Assembly: GCA_030390025.1 (NCBI GenBank) | Contig: CM059432.1 | Coordinates: forward strand, 43,092,001-43,156,000 | Source of the DNA: Squalus acanthias | Lineage: Eukaryota | Reading direction: 5' to 3' | DNA length: 64,000 nucleotides | Shown here: piece by piece, positions 25,940-36,149 of the stretch | Numbering within the stretch: the stretch's first letter is position 1 | Layout of the letters: each line of letters opens with the position of its first letter | Program-made: the position numbers and the translations under genes | Notes under the pieces: model-generated | Told to the model about the DNA's origin: nothing | What the model saw: the letters and a program-made list of their open reading frames with translations, nothing else | The model's database searches: none

Positions 25940-27480
25940 ATAAAAACAGAAAATGCTGGAAATATTCAGCAGGTCAGGCAGCATCTGTGGAGAGAGAAAC
26001 AGAGTTAATGTTTCAGGTCGATGACCTTTCGTCAGAACTGGATAAAGTTATAGATGTAACAGATTTTAAGCAAGTGCAGGGGCAGGGAAAAGGGGAGGGG
26101 AGGAAAGAACAAGAGGGAAGATCTGTGATAGGATGGAAGGCAGGAGAGATTAAATGACAAAAGGGATGATGGTGCAAGGCAAAAGGAGGTGGTAATGGGA
26201 CAAGTTAAGAAACAAAAGATGAGTCTAGATGAGGTGTAAATGGGAATGGTAGAATCATCAATAGCTGCCATCTGAAATAATAGGGGCAGGGATTATGGTC
26301 TGAAATTGTTGAACTCAATGTTGAGTCCAGAAGGCTGTTAAGTGCCTAATCGAAAGATGAGGTGTCATTCCTCGAGCTTATGTTGAGCTTCGTTGGAACA
26401 GTGTAAGAGGCCGAGGATGGAGAGGTCAGAGTGAGACTGGAGTGGAGAATTAAAATGACAGGTGACCGGAAGCTCAGGGTCATGCTTATGGACTGAATGG
26501 AGGTGTTCCGCAAAGCAGTCACCCAATCTGCGTTTGGTCTCCCCAATGTAGAGGAGACCACACCGTGAGCAGCGAATACAGTATACTAAATTGCAAGAAG
26601 TACAAGTAAATCGCTGTTTCACCTGGAAGGAGTGTTTGGGGCCCTGGACAGTGGGAAGGGAGGGCAGGTGTTGCATCTCCTGAGCTTGCAGGGGAAGATG
26701 CCGTGGGAAGGGAAGGGGGTGTTTGGGATGATTGAGGAGTGGACCAGGGTGTCACAGAGGGAATGCTGAAAGGGGAGGTGAGGGGAAGATGTGTTTGGTG
26801 GTGGGGTCATGCTGGAGGTGGCAGAAATGGCGGAGGATGATCCGTTGAATGTGGAGGCTGGTGGGGTGAAAGGTGAGGACAAGGAGAACCCTATCATGGT
26901 TCTGGGAGGGAGGGGAAGGGGTGAGAGCAGAAATGCGGGAAATAGAATGGACACGGTCAAGGGCCGTGTCAACTACGGTAGAGGGGAATCCTCGGTTGAG
27001 GAAAAAGGAAGACATATCAGAAGCACTATTATGGAAGGTGGCATCGTCAGAGCAGATGTGATGGAGAGGGAGAAACTGGGAGAATGGAATAGAGTCATTA
27101 CAGGAAGCGGGGTGGGAGGAAGTGTAGTCCAGGTAGCTATGGGAGTCAGTGGGCTTATAGTGGATGTTTGTCAATAGCCTATCTACAGAGATGGAGACAG
27201 AGAAGCCGAGGAAGGGAAGGGAAGCATCGGAGATGGACTATGTGAAGGTGAGAGAATAGTACTATTTGGAGAAAAAGTAAATGAAATTTTCTAGTTCAGA
27301 ACGAGAGCAGGAAACGGCGTCAATACAGTCATTAATGTACCGGAAAAAGGGGTGAGGGAGGGGACCTGAGTAGGACTGGAACAAAGAATGTTCCACATAT
27401 CCCACGAAAAGGCAGGCATAGCTAGGACCCATGTGGTTTCCCATAGCAACACCTTTAATTTGGAGGAAGTGAGTGGCATC
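25940..27480 (-). mobile_element. Penelope-like retroelement, 3' part (RT C-terminus, GIY-YIG endonuclease, terminal repeat)
   Basis: GVAMG..GPSYACLFVG..FRYINDC (RT), HYKPTDSHSYLDYTSSHP, FTCTSCNLVYCIRCSRCGLLYIGETKRRL..EH (GIY-YIG). Interrupted by the provirus. Confidence 0.92.
26003..26039 (-). ncRNA. Minimal type I hammerhead ribozyme motif (Penelope terminal repeat), degenerate
   Basis: Minus strand agtt-CTGACGA-aaggtcatcgacct-GAAA-catt-aact. Confidence 0.55.
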
Positions 27481-28666
27481 TGTAGCACCAGCTTTCTGGC
27501 TATTTTTATGAATCATATTTTATATCCAAAACCCAAGAAAGAACTGTACTGTTGGGTAAGCTTGTGGGAGTGGCTTAGGGAATAGGATTGCAAGCCAGGC
27601 TACCCTGACTAAGGTGCATTCATATGCAAATGGCCATCTCACACTGACAGGCTGGGTGGAAGGGAACCCAGGCCGATTGACATCATCACCATCTAACATG
27701 ATTACTGGGAACAATACCCCTAGAGGTAACTCAGAGACACTATGCCCTCACATCAATAAAGCTCAGTCCCAACCAAAACTGGTGGAAGGCAGGAGATGGC
27801 CAGGCCATTGTCTTCCAGGAGATAAGCTAGTTAAGAAAGTTCGGTTTGAGATTGAAACCCATTACCTGCTAATGGGGGCCATCAACTCAGGAAACGACAG
27901 ACATCCAGTAATCAGCACTCATTGTCTCTCCAGGTGCCAGGCCTGGGAGCGGGGAAACGGAATATCATTTTACACAAAGTTTTCAAAGGTCATGAGTTAC
28001 TCCAGGCCACAGGAGGGTCCAGACAGATCACCTGAGTCAATACATCGATCAGCATTGACGGGAGAAAAGGTGTTGGGTTTTGGGTATATCAGGAGCCGTT
28101 CGGGGGCTGCTCTCTCTCTCTCTTCTCCTCGGCATCAATCTACAGCGAGTCTCCCGAGTGGGGCTTGGCTCGACGGAACACCGCCAGAAGCTGAGCGCTG
28201 CTCTTCATCCCTCATCAACGGACCTCGACTCAAACTGGAACTTGGATATCACGTCGGCGGTATGGAACCAGGAGCGAGACGTACAGGAAGAAGCTGCAAG
28301 CAAGACAACGGACAATCGGGGTGAGCATTTTGCCTGCACCTACACATTCACAAGACCACTTAGCTGTGTGAGGGGGTGACTGTAAGTCCCAACCAAACCT
28401 CAGAGGGGTTTAGTGCTGGGGTCCTGTGTTAGTTTATTTCACGGGAGGGTTCTTTTATTAGACTGTGGTAATTTAGCACGGTATGGCTTGTTGGACAAGC
28501 CAGGATTGTATTGTTTTGTACTGTTGCGAGTGTCATTGTTAATCCTATTAAACACAATACAGTTGAGCTCAAATGGGTGTCCGAGTCTGATCTGTCCATA
28601 TAATCCCTATCGTCCAGAACTTGTAGTAAGAGGTGTGTTGTCGGTGTGCCCGAGAAAACCCTTACA
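27481..28666 (+). repeat. 5' LTR (1186 bp)
   Basis: TGTAGCACC...CCCTTACA. Direct repeat of 33358-35281. Confidence 0.95.
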
Positions 28667-28671
28667 GAGAT

Positions 28672-28689
28672 TGGCGACCGCTGGCAGGA
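28672..28689 (+). promoter_or_regulatory. Primer binding site TGGCGACCGCTGGCAGGA
   Basis: TGG start 5 nt after the LTR end. Primer tRNA not resolved (Arg- or Ser-like). Confidence 0.75.
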
Positions 28690-28710
28690 TGATAGATTTT
28701 GTGTCAGATC

Positions 28711-30385
28711 ATGGACAGTTTTAAGGGCAAGAGGCCCGGAATGGAGGATAGGATTTCCTCCTAGGTGTTCAATAAGATTAACGTGTCTCAGTCATGGGTG
28801 CTGGAGATGCTGCGCTCTGAGAGTCCCCGGGATAGGGCTGCAGAGTGGACAGGTAGCAGGGATCACAGGAAGTCAAAGGAGAAAGCGATTTGGCTCCTGT
28901 GTCTGCAGAAGCAAGTTCAACTGCTCAGGGAGTGGGTTGAAAAGCTAGGGAACGAACTTAAAGAGTCTGAGGATAAGTCAGACGCGAGGGAGATAGTCGG
29001 GAGTAGACTATTAGAGGAACTGCACGAAGAAAGGCAGGAAAGACGTGCGCAAGAAGGGACCTCCCGTAACACGGTTGAATACCTACAGTGTCAGGTTACA
29101 GAGGCCAAGTTAAACCAGCAGGCCCTACGGGAAGAAAATGCGAGGCTAATAGCAACAGCTGACAGCTTGGAGGGCCAGCTAAGGGATATAAATATAGCTT
29201 ATAAAGTAGCCAGGAGTAGAGGCTATGAGGAAGCAGATCACGGACAATGTAAGGAAAGGATCCAAAAATTGACCCAAGCCTTGTCCGGAGCCAGAGGTAT
29301 GGCCTGTTTAATGTCACCGGGGGAAACCGGGGTAGACTGGGACAAGGAGGGTCAGGAGCCTGATGATAGGGCTCAGGACAGGGAAGTCCGACAGGCGCCT
29401 GAAGCGCCACCGAGACCAATGTGGCCTCTGCGGCAGCAGAAGTCCGGTCCACCCGCACCAAACGGTGACCAGGGCCCACTGCAGAGCGATTACGTGGTCC
29501 CGTACACAATCCCTCAGCTGCAAGCCATGCTATCAGGGACGCCCAAGCTCAAACGGGACAGGGACCCCTCAGTTCACTTTATGGAAGTAGAACAGGTAGG
29601 GGGGGTCAACGGATGTAGTGAGGGCGAGATCAACAGGCTGATGCTGTTCTCCCTTGATGGGGGATTGTATCAGAGCTTATCTGCAGCCACAAAGCTGGGA
29701 GGGGGCACCACAGAGGGGTTGAAAGACGAGATCCTGAGGGCCTTGGGGCATACCCAGGGTAGCCCGTTCTTACAAGTAGAATGGACCAGGCAGCTGGCCG
29801 GCGAGGCACCAGTTGCATTCGCGGACAGGCTATGGCCTGTGTACATAAAGGCAACTGGAGGGACGCTTGACCGCGCGCAGTTGATAGGGGCCCCCAGGAA
29901 TCACTGGCTCAGGGTCCTTGTGGCGAACAGCTTGCCAAGGATCAGGGTCAGGGCAGAAGCGTGGTTTGACCCCAAGGACCTCGTGAATATGGAGGCAGGC
30001 GTGCTCAGAAAGCTGAGTCTAGCCTTTAAGGCCGATTCCGGGAAGGAGGTCAAATCAAAGGGAAGGGTCCACAAAATGAAAGCCAGTGTGGGTAATAGGA
30101 AGGAATGGCGACAGGAAAGGGTTAGTACTGACACGTCCAGGACTAGTTTCGGGTGTGGGAAGACGGAACACTGGAGGCAAGACTGCCCGTTCCCAAAAGG
30201 GGGGAGACCAGTCCCAGGGGGTCCTCCAGTGCAAACCACGTGTTACAGAGGCAGAGGGGACGACCGACGAGTCGTTCGAGCTTCTGGTGGCCGCCCTACG
30301 GAAGACTATGGGGAAGGACAAAGGCAAGTTAGACGCTGCCGTGAGCAGTGAAGCGCCTTCCGCGCCCGTACGCCCCCCACCCTGA
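28711..30385 (+). pseudogene. gag: gag (coiled-coil N-terminus, capsid-like core, degenerate CCHC knuckle, PSAP)
   Basis: ATG 28711 is in frame with the 528-aa ORF, with a stop at 28762. Knuckle SFGCGKTEHWRQDC (30145-30186, first Cys TGT>AGT). Inferred 1-nt frameshift ~30235 leads to ...SEAPSAPVRPPP-TGA. Confidence 0.8.
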
Positions 30386-32372
30386 CTAGAACGCGCCCAG
30401 CCTGAGTACCTGTGCCCGCTCACGTACGATGAGTGGGGCAGGCCCTGTGTAAAGATGGGGGTGAAGACGGTGCAGGGGAAATATTTGGTGGACACCGGGG
30501 CTTCCAGAACAGTGGTCCATTCAAAAAACCCGACCAATTCACCCTGGTCTAGCAGGGTCCCATTCAGGCTCGTGGGGTTCACAGGGAATGAGCAGGCTGG
30601 GGCAATCTCAAAACCCCTGGCCATAGAACTAGGATCCCTCCATACCACGTGGGAGTGTGTCCTGATACAATGGGAACAGCCAGGATCAGGAGTCCTCGGG
30701 GCTGACTTTATGTTAGCCAGCCGAGTGATTGTGGATTTAAGGAATCACTGCCTATGGGGTGCAGCGGATTCAGATAAAGCCGAGGAGGTGCTAGTGATCC
30801 CAAGAGATAGGGAAGGAAGGGGTAGTGTGTGTACTATGAAGCCCAAGGGGAATTACGACCTAGAGCAGTTGGTCTGTAATACCCCAGCCAAGTATCAGGT
30901 GAACGTGCGGGACAACCTCGCCGCATTCGCCACTCACAAGCACGACTGTGGCAGGGTGACAGGGGTAGAAGTCAGGGTGCAAGGGGACCCCATGTCACGG
31001 CCACAGAAACAGTACAGTTTCCCCAGAGAGGCAGAAGCCGACTTAGAGACGGCACTGGGATCCCTCGTAGAACAGGGGGTGTTGAGGCCGATAGCCACCC
31101 ACGTAAACTCACCACTTTGTCCAGTTAAGAAGCCCGACCAGTCGTGGAGAGCCACCGTGGACTATCGAGTGCTCAATAAAAATATCCCAGCCTGCGCGCC
31201 CACAGTCGCGGCTGTTGCTGACCTCATAGGGAGCATTCCAGCGACCGCAACCACGTTCACAGTGCTGGATATCTCCAATGGGTTCTGGTCGGTTCCCCTC
31301 AAACGGGAAGACCAGTACAAATTTGCCTTTACATTTAAAGGGCAACAGTACACCTGGACATGCCTTCCCCAGGGGTTTCACAACAGCCCCTCCATATTTC
31401 ACCAGTGTATGGCCGACGCACTCAAAGGCTTCAGCCGACCCCACCAGCTAATTCAGTATGTGGACGACTTGCTTTTGTTCTCCGCGGTGGCGGAGGAGCA
31501 CAGGCCACTGCTGGACGAGCTGTTGAGGCTGTTACGGGAGACAGGGTTTAAAGTGAACTCAAAGAAAGCCCAGATCGGTCGGGAGGAAGTCAAATTCCTC
31601 GGGCTGACCATGAGGGCTGGTGAGCGAGCGATAGATGAGGCAAAAAGAAAGGCAGTACAGGAGTTACCAGCGCCCAAGGATGTAACAGGGGTAAGGTCCT
31701 TCCTGGGACTCACAGGGTACTGCAGAGACTTTATAGAGGGTTACGCAGCCACGGCAGCCCCTCTGCTTCAGCTCCTCCGCAAGGGAGTCGGGTGGGAGTG
31801 GGACCAGAACTGCCAGGAAGCGTTCACCCGCCTCAAGGAGAATTTACAGACGGCACCCGCGTTGGGAGCCATTTACAGTAGTGAGGAATTCCTTTTGGAG
31901 GTAGCAGCCAGCGGGGATAGCTTGAGCGCGGTGTTGCTCCAGGAGCGGCACGGCAAGCTAGGACCCGTGGTCTACTCCTCAAGGGTTCTCACTGAGGTAG
32001 AAAGGGGATACTCCAACTGCGAGAGGCATCTCCTAGCCACGTACTGGGCCGTAAAGCTCTCCCAGCTCTTTACGGAATCATCCCTGATAACTTTACGAAC
32101 TCACCACACCCCCACTCAGATGTTGTTAGACGGGAGGATAAAGGACGGAACAGTGAGCAGTTCCCGTATTGCTCGCTGGACTTTATTGCTCTCGCAAATG
32201 AATCAGAGTGCAGGGGTTGACAGAGCCAAAGCTGGCTATGAATTTAATCTACCCAGGGACTGCCCATGCGTGTACTGTAGAAGGGGTGTGGGACGTAGGT
32301 GTGGTATTCCGGGCCGGGATACACCCGACAGGCCGGGACATCTCCGTAGAGGGGTCCAGTTCGGTGGTGGGC
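30386..32372 (+). pseudogene. pol: pro-pol: aspartic protease, RT, tether (inactive RNase H), start of second RNase H; integrase deleted
   Basis: GRP..LVDTGAS..VLGADF (protease). NSP..PVKK..WR..VDYR..LDISNGFW..LPQGFHNSP..YVDD..FLG (RT). Tether LEVAAS/ERHLLA/LRTHH. After an apparent 2-nt deletion ~32200, RDISVEGSS. Confidence 0.92.
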
Positions 32373-32384
32373 AGGTCACAGCGG

Positions 32385-33150
32385 CCAGCACCGGTATACC
32401 GGGTAGAAAACATTGGCGTCCTGAGGATAGGGGTGCACGTGCGGCATAATGGGGCCCCACCGTTTGTAATAAAGTGGGAGCACGCCATGACCGGCACTGA
32501 CCTCAAGGGGTGCCAGAGCAGGGGCGCGCACGTGGTGTTGTGTCCCCAGCACCTGAACGCGTTCGATCGACCGGTGTGTGGGTTTGAATCGGAAAGTGCA
32601 GAGCCCATCAAATGCACCATGGAGGTGATGGCCCAGGGCCACGTTCCACCCCAGATAGCATACACGAACAACGGACGTACTGCGTCACGACGAGTGTGGA
32701 CCAGTATCGGGTACACCACGACACTTGGTGCCCTGTCACTGACAAAACTTTCTGCTTCAAACCCCACACAGAGGTTCAGGTGGCGCAAGGGCGCATCATC
32801 CCCATTTCAGATTTCACCACGGTACACTCACGGTGAACGACACGGTACAGGACCTGCAGCAATACGTAACACGGTTCAGGTATGAAATTCCTCCTCTGCC
32901 TGAACACCTCACAAAACTAATGAAGAAAGTTGAACTGTCTCAAAAACACTTCTACACCCTCGAATAATGGAACAGGGAAGTGGGGGAAGAAATAGAAGAA
33001 ATGGCTTCCCCGCCCTGGTGGGACTTTGATTTGAATGTTGAGATCCCTCCATGGATCCGAATAGTTTCACACACAATGGTAGTAGTAAAACTATTCATGG
33101 TGTTGTACCTGTTAAGGTTATCCTGTAAAAAGAGAAGGAAAGCACTCTGA
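32385..33150 (+). pseudogene. env: env, C-terminal half of a Cys-rich fusion glycoprotein with TM anchor
   Basis: Reconstructed across two frameshifts and one stop: DLKGC..VVLCP..VCG..IKC..TYCVTT..WCP..TFCF..VNDT..helical LTKLMKKVELSQKHFYTLE..PPWW..hydrophobic IVSHTMVVVKLFMVLYLL followed by CKKRRK. Confidence 0.75.
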
Positions 33151-33346
33151 AATCATTCGGAGGCCCTAATAAAAGGGTAACCAGGAGTTGTACTGCCTGT
33201 AAATATGGCGAATTGAATTGTTATAAGAAACGGGACCCCAGGTGTAATTGATAAGTAATGTACAGTTTGGTCGAGACCCACAATGTGCCTCCCGCAGCAG
33301 AAGACGACAAAATCCGTGATATTTCTGGTTTTGGTGACGAAATATC

Positions 33347-33357
33347 AAAGGGGGGAA
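33347..33357 (+). promoter_or_regulatory. Polypurine tract AAAGGGGGGAA
   Basis: Directly abuts the 3' LTR TG. Confidence 0.9.
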
Positions 33358-35281
33358 TGCAGCATCAGCTTTCTGGCCATTTTTATGAATCATATTTTAT
33401 ATCCAAAACCCCAGAAAGAACTGTACTGTTGGGTAAGCTTGTGGGAGTGGCTCAGGGAATAGGATTGCAGGCCAGGCTACCCTGACTAAGGTGTATTCAT
33501 ATGCAAATGAACATCTCACACTGACAGGCTGGGTGGAAGGGAACCCAGGCCGATTGACATCATCACCATCTAACATGATTACTGGGAACAATACCCCAAG
33601 AGGTAACTCAGAGACACTATGCCCTCACATCAATAAAGCTCAGTCCCAACCGAAACTGGTGGAAGGCAGGAGATGGCCAGGCCATTGTCTTCCAGGAGAT
33701 AAGCCAGTTAAGCAAGTTCGGTTTGAGATTGAAACCCATTACCTGCTAATGGGGGCCATCAGGAAACGACAGACATCCAGTAATCAGCACTCATTGGCCC
33801 AGAAATTAAAGACTGAGTGTTGACGCGGGGGTAAGGCTTCCCCGCGATATCTCACTCCGCGCCTACCTTTTTCCTCCGGGCCCACACGAACATTAGTTTC
33901 AAGGCTGCAGCTGTGCAGTGCTTGCGTGACCCAGAGACGCAGTTAGTTCATGCGAGCTCTGGGATCACGTGATTCAGTTAGAGCCAATGGCAGCACACCA
34001 TCTTTCATTCATAGTTTTGACAGGAAGACCTGTCAAAGCTATGAATAATATACCCCCCCAAAAGAACAGCTAAACCTCAATTAAATTTTTAAAAAAGCCA
34101 TCACATTAATAAAATAAGTATAGTTAAATAAATTAACCACTTTAAACAAAAAATTAAATTTTTGAAAAAATTTCAAATCTTTTTAAAAGTTATAAAAATA
34201 AACTTACCTTTCTTTAAAGTCTCTAAAAAAGATAAACCTGTTGAAAAAATTTTAAAATAATACTTAATTAACTACTTACCTTGTTAAAAGAGGGTCTTAC
34301 GCCTCCTTTCTTTATGTGTAAAATCTTCCATGCTTACCTGCGCGTTCAAAGCACTAAGTGCACTGCATGCGCACAGCCTGTAGCGCGCACGCGGTTCACC
34401 TAGGAACCGCCCCCTTTTGAATTCACGAAGTGCCGGTTTCCCGCGCATGCGCAGTGCATGCTGGAAACCGGCAATTGGAGACCTAAAACGCGAGAGTACA
34501 CAGTGCGTACTCTCGCGTATTAGGTCTAATTTTCGGGCCATTGTCTCTCCAGGTGCCAGGTCTGGGAGCGGGGAAACGGAATATCATTTTTCACAAAGTT
34601 TTCAAAGGTCATGAGTCACTCACAGGGGGGTCCAGACAGATCACCTGAGTCAATACATCGATCAGCATTGACGGGAGAAAAGGTGTTGGGTTTTGGGTAT
34701 ATCAGGAGCTGTTCGGGGGCTGCGCTCTCTCTCTCTTCTCCTCGGCATCAATCTACAGCGAGTCTCCCGAGTGGAGCTCGGCTCAACGGAACACCGCCAG
34801 AAGCTGAGCGCTGCTCTTCATCCCTCATCAACAGGACCTCGACTCAAACTGGAACTTGGATATCACGTCAACGGTACGGAACCAGGAGCGAGACGTACAG
34901 GAAGAAGCTGCAAGTGAGACAACGGACAATCGGGGTGAGCATTTTGCCTGCGCCTACACATCCACAAGACCACTTAGCTGTGTGAGGGGGTGACTGTAAG
35001 TCCCAACCAAACCTTAGAGGGGTTTAGTGCTGGGGTCCTGTGTTAGTTTATTTCACGGGAGGGTTCTTTTATTAGACCGTGGTAATTTAGCACGGTATGG
35101 CTTGTTGGACAAGCCAGGGTTGTATTGTTTTGTACTGTTACGAGTGTCATTGTTAATCCTATTAAACACAATATGGTTGAGCTCAAACGGGTGTCCGAGT
35201 CTGATCTGTCCATATAATCCCTATCGTCCAGAACTTGTAGTAAGAGGTGTGTTTTCGGTGCGCCCGAGAAAACCATTTACA
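33358..35281 (+). repeat. 3' LTR (contains MITE 33796-34539)
   Basis: TGCAGCATC...CCATTTACA. Collinear with the 5' LTR once the MITE is removed. Confidence 0.95.
33796..34539. mobile_element. Harbinger-type MITE family X, copy B, inserted in the 3' LTR
   Basis: TIR GGCCCAGAAATT / AATTTTCGGGCC. TSD ATT. Empty site (ctcATTgtctctcc) present in the 5' LTR. Confidence 0.93.
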
Positions 35282-35570
35282 CGTCAAAGGAGAAATTGTT
35301 CAATGTGAGAACAAGTTCAGCCAGGCAGAGGAGGGTGGTGGTGGATGGGGACTGGTTGGGCCTCTGTTCAAGGAAGAAGCGGAGCGCCCTCAGGCTGTCC
35401 TGGTGGGGGATGGAGGTGTAGAGGGATTGGACGTCCATAGTGAAAAGAAGACGTTTGGGGCCAGGAAACTGAAAACTGTCAAAGTGGCGGAGGGCGTCGG
35501 AAGAGTCGCGGATGTAGGTGGAAAGAGACTGGACGAGGGGAGAAAAAATAGAGTCGAGATAGGAAAAAAT
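35282..35570 (-). mobile_element. Penelope RT, upstream part (continuation of 25940-27480)
   Basis: YIRDSSDAL..LLFTMDVQSLYTSIPH..LAELVLTLNNFSF. Confidence 0.9.
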
Positions 35571-36149
35571 TATTAAATTTTTAAAGATTTGTTGGTTTAT
35601 CTTTAAAATGTGCATGGAGAGCTTGCGTGAACAGATCAGAAGTAAAGCCATGCAGGTGACTGATGGCGTAGTTTCATGGAAAGTTTCGACAGAATTTTGT
35701 CATTTTTCCCGAGGAAATTCGTGTGTAACTGATCTACAGCAATTTTATGCCAAAACATTGCTACCAGCAAATTTACTCGAGCATATGCGCCGCTCCCTAG
35801 TTCCAATCACCAAAATCATACTTAGCTCATTAACATAGCTCCACCATCCATGCAAAAGACCAGAGAATGTGAGTTTCCTGCATTTACGTCAGTTCTGATG
35901 GGTGTAAATTTACGCCTAAATTTTATGCACAGTAGAATCTGAAGTCACTATTTCTGATGGTTTACAGCAAAGTTTTGAGCTATTTTGTTCTGTTTCTCCT
36001 TTGTGAGACCTCTATTGTATTTTCTATATCTTTGAATGCCTTTTTATGGTGTCAGAAAAATGTTACATTAAAAATTAATGAGAAAAGCTTCCACAATTGC
36101 ATTTTCTTAAACATGCCGTGCTTAATGTGCACAAATGATAGTTTGATGG

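Larger units (their letters stand above)
27481..35281 (+). mobile_element. Endogenous retrovirus-like provirus (lokiretrovirus-like), internally deleted
   Basis: Paired TG..CA LTRs, PBS, PPT, gag-pro-RT-tether-RH'-'env. 4-bp TSD CATC (27477-27480) / CGTC (35282-35285), differing by CpG decay. The Penelope RT resumes after it. Confidence 0.92.

Noticed and set aside
27614..28324. 236-aa ORF inside the 5' LTR as an accessory gene
   Set aside because: GTG start, no recognisable motif, and the frame is broken by indels in the 3' LTR.
30455..32449. Ordinary Gypsy pol starting at ATG 30455
   Set aside because: The frame is open back to TGA-CTAG and includes the GRP pre-protease motif. RT and RNase H features are retroviral. 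The last ~80 aa are out of frame.
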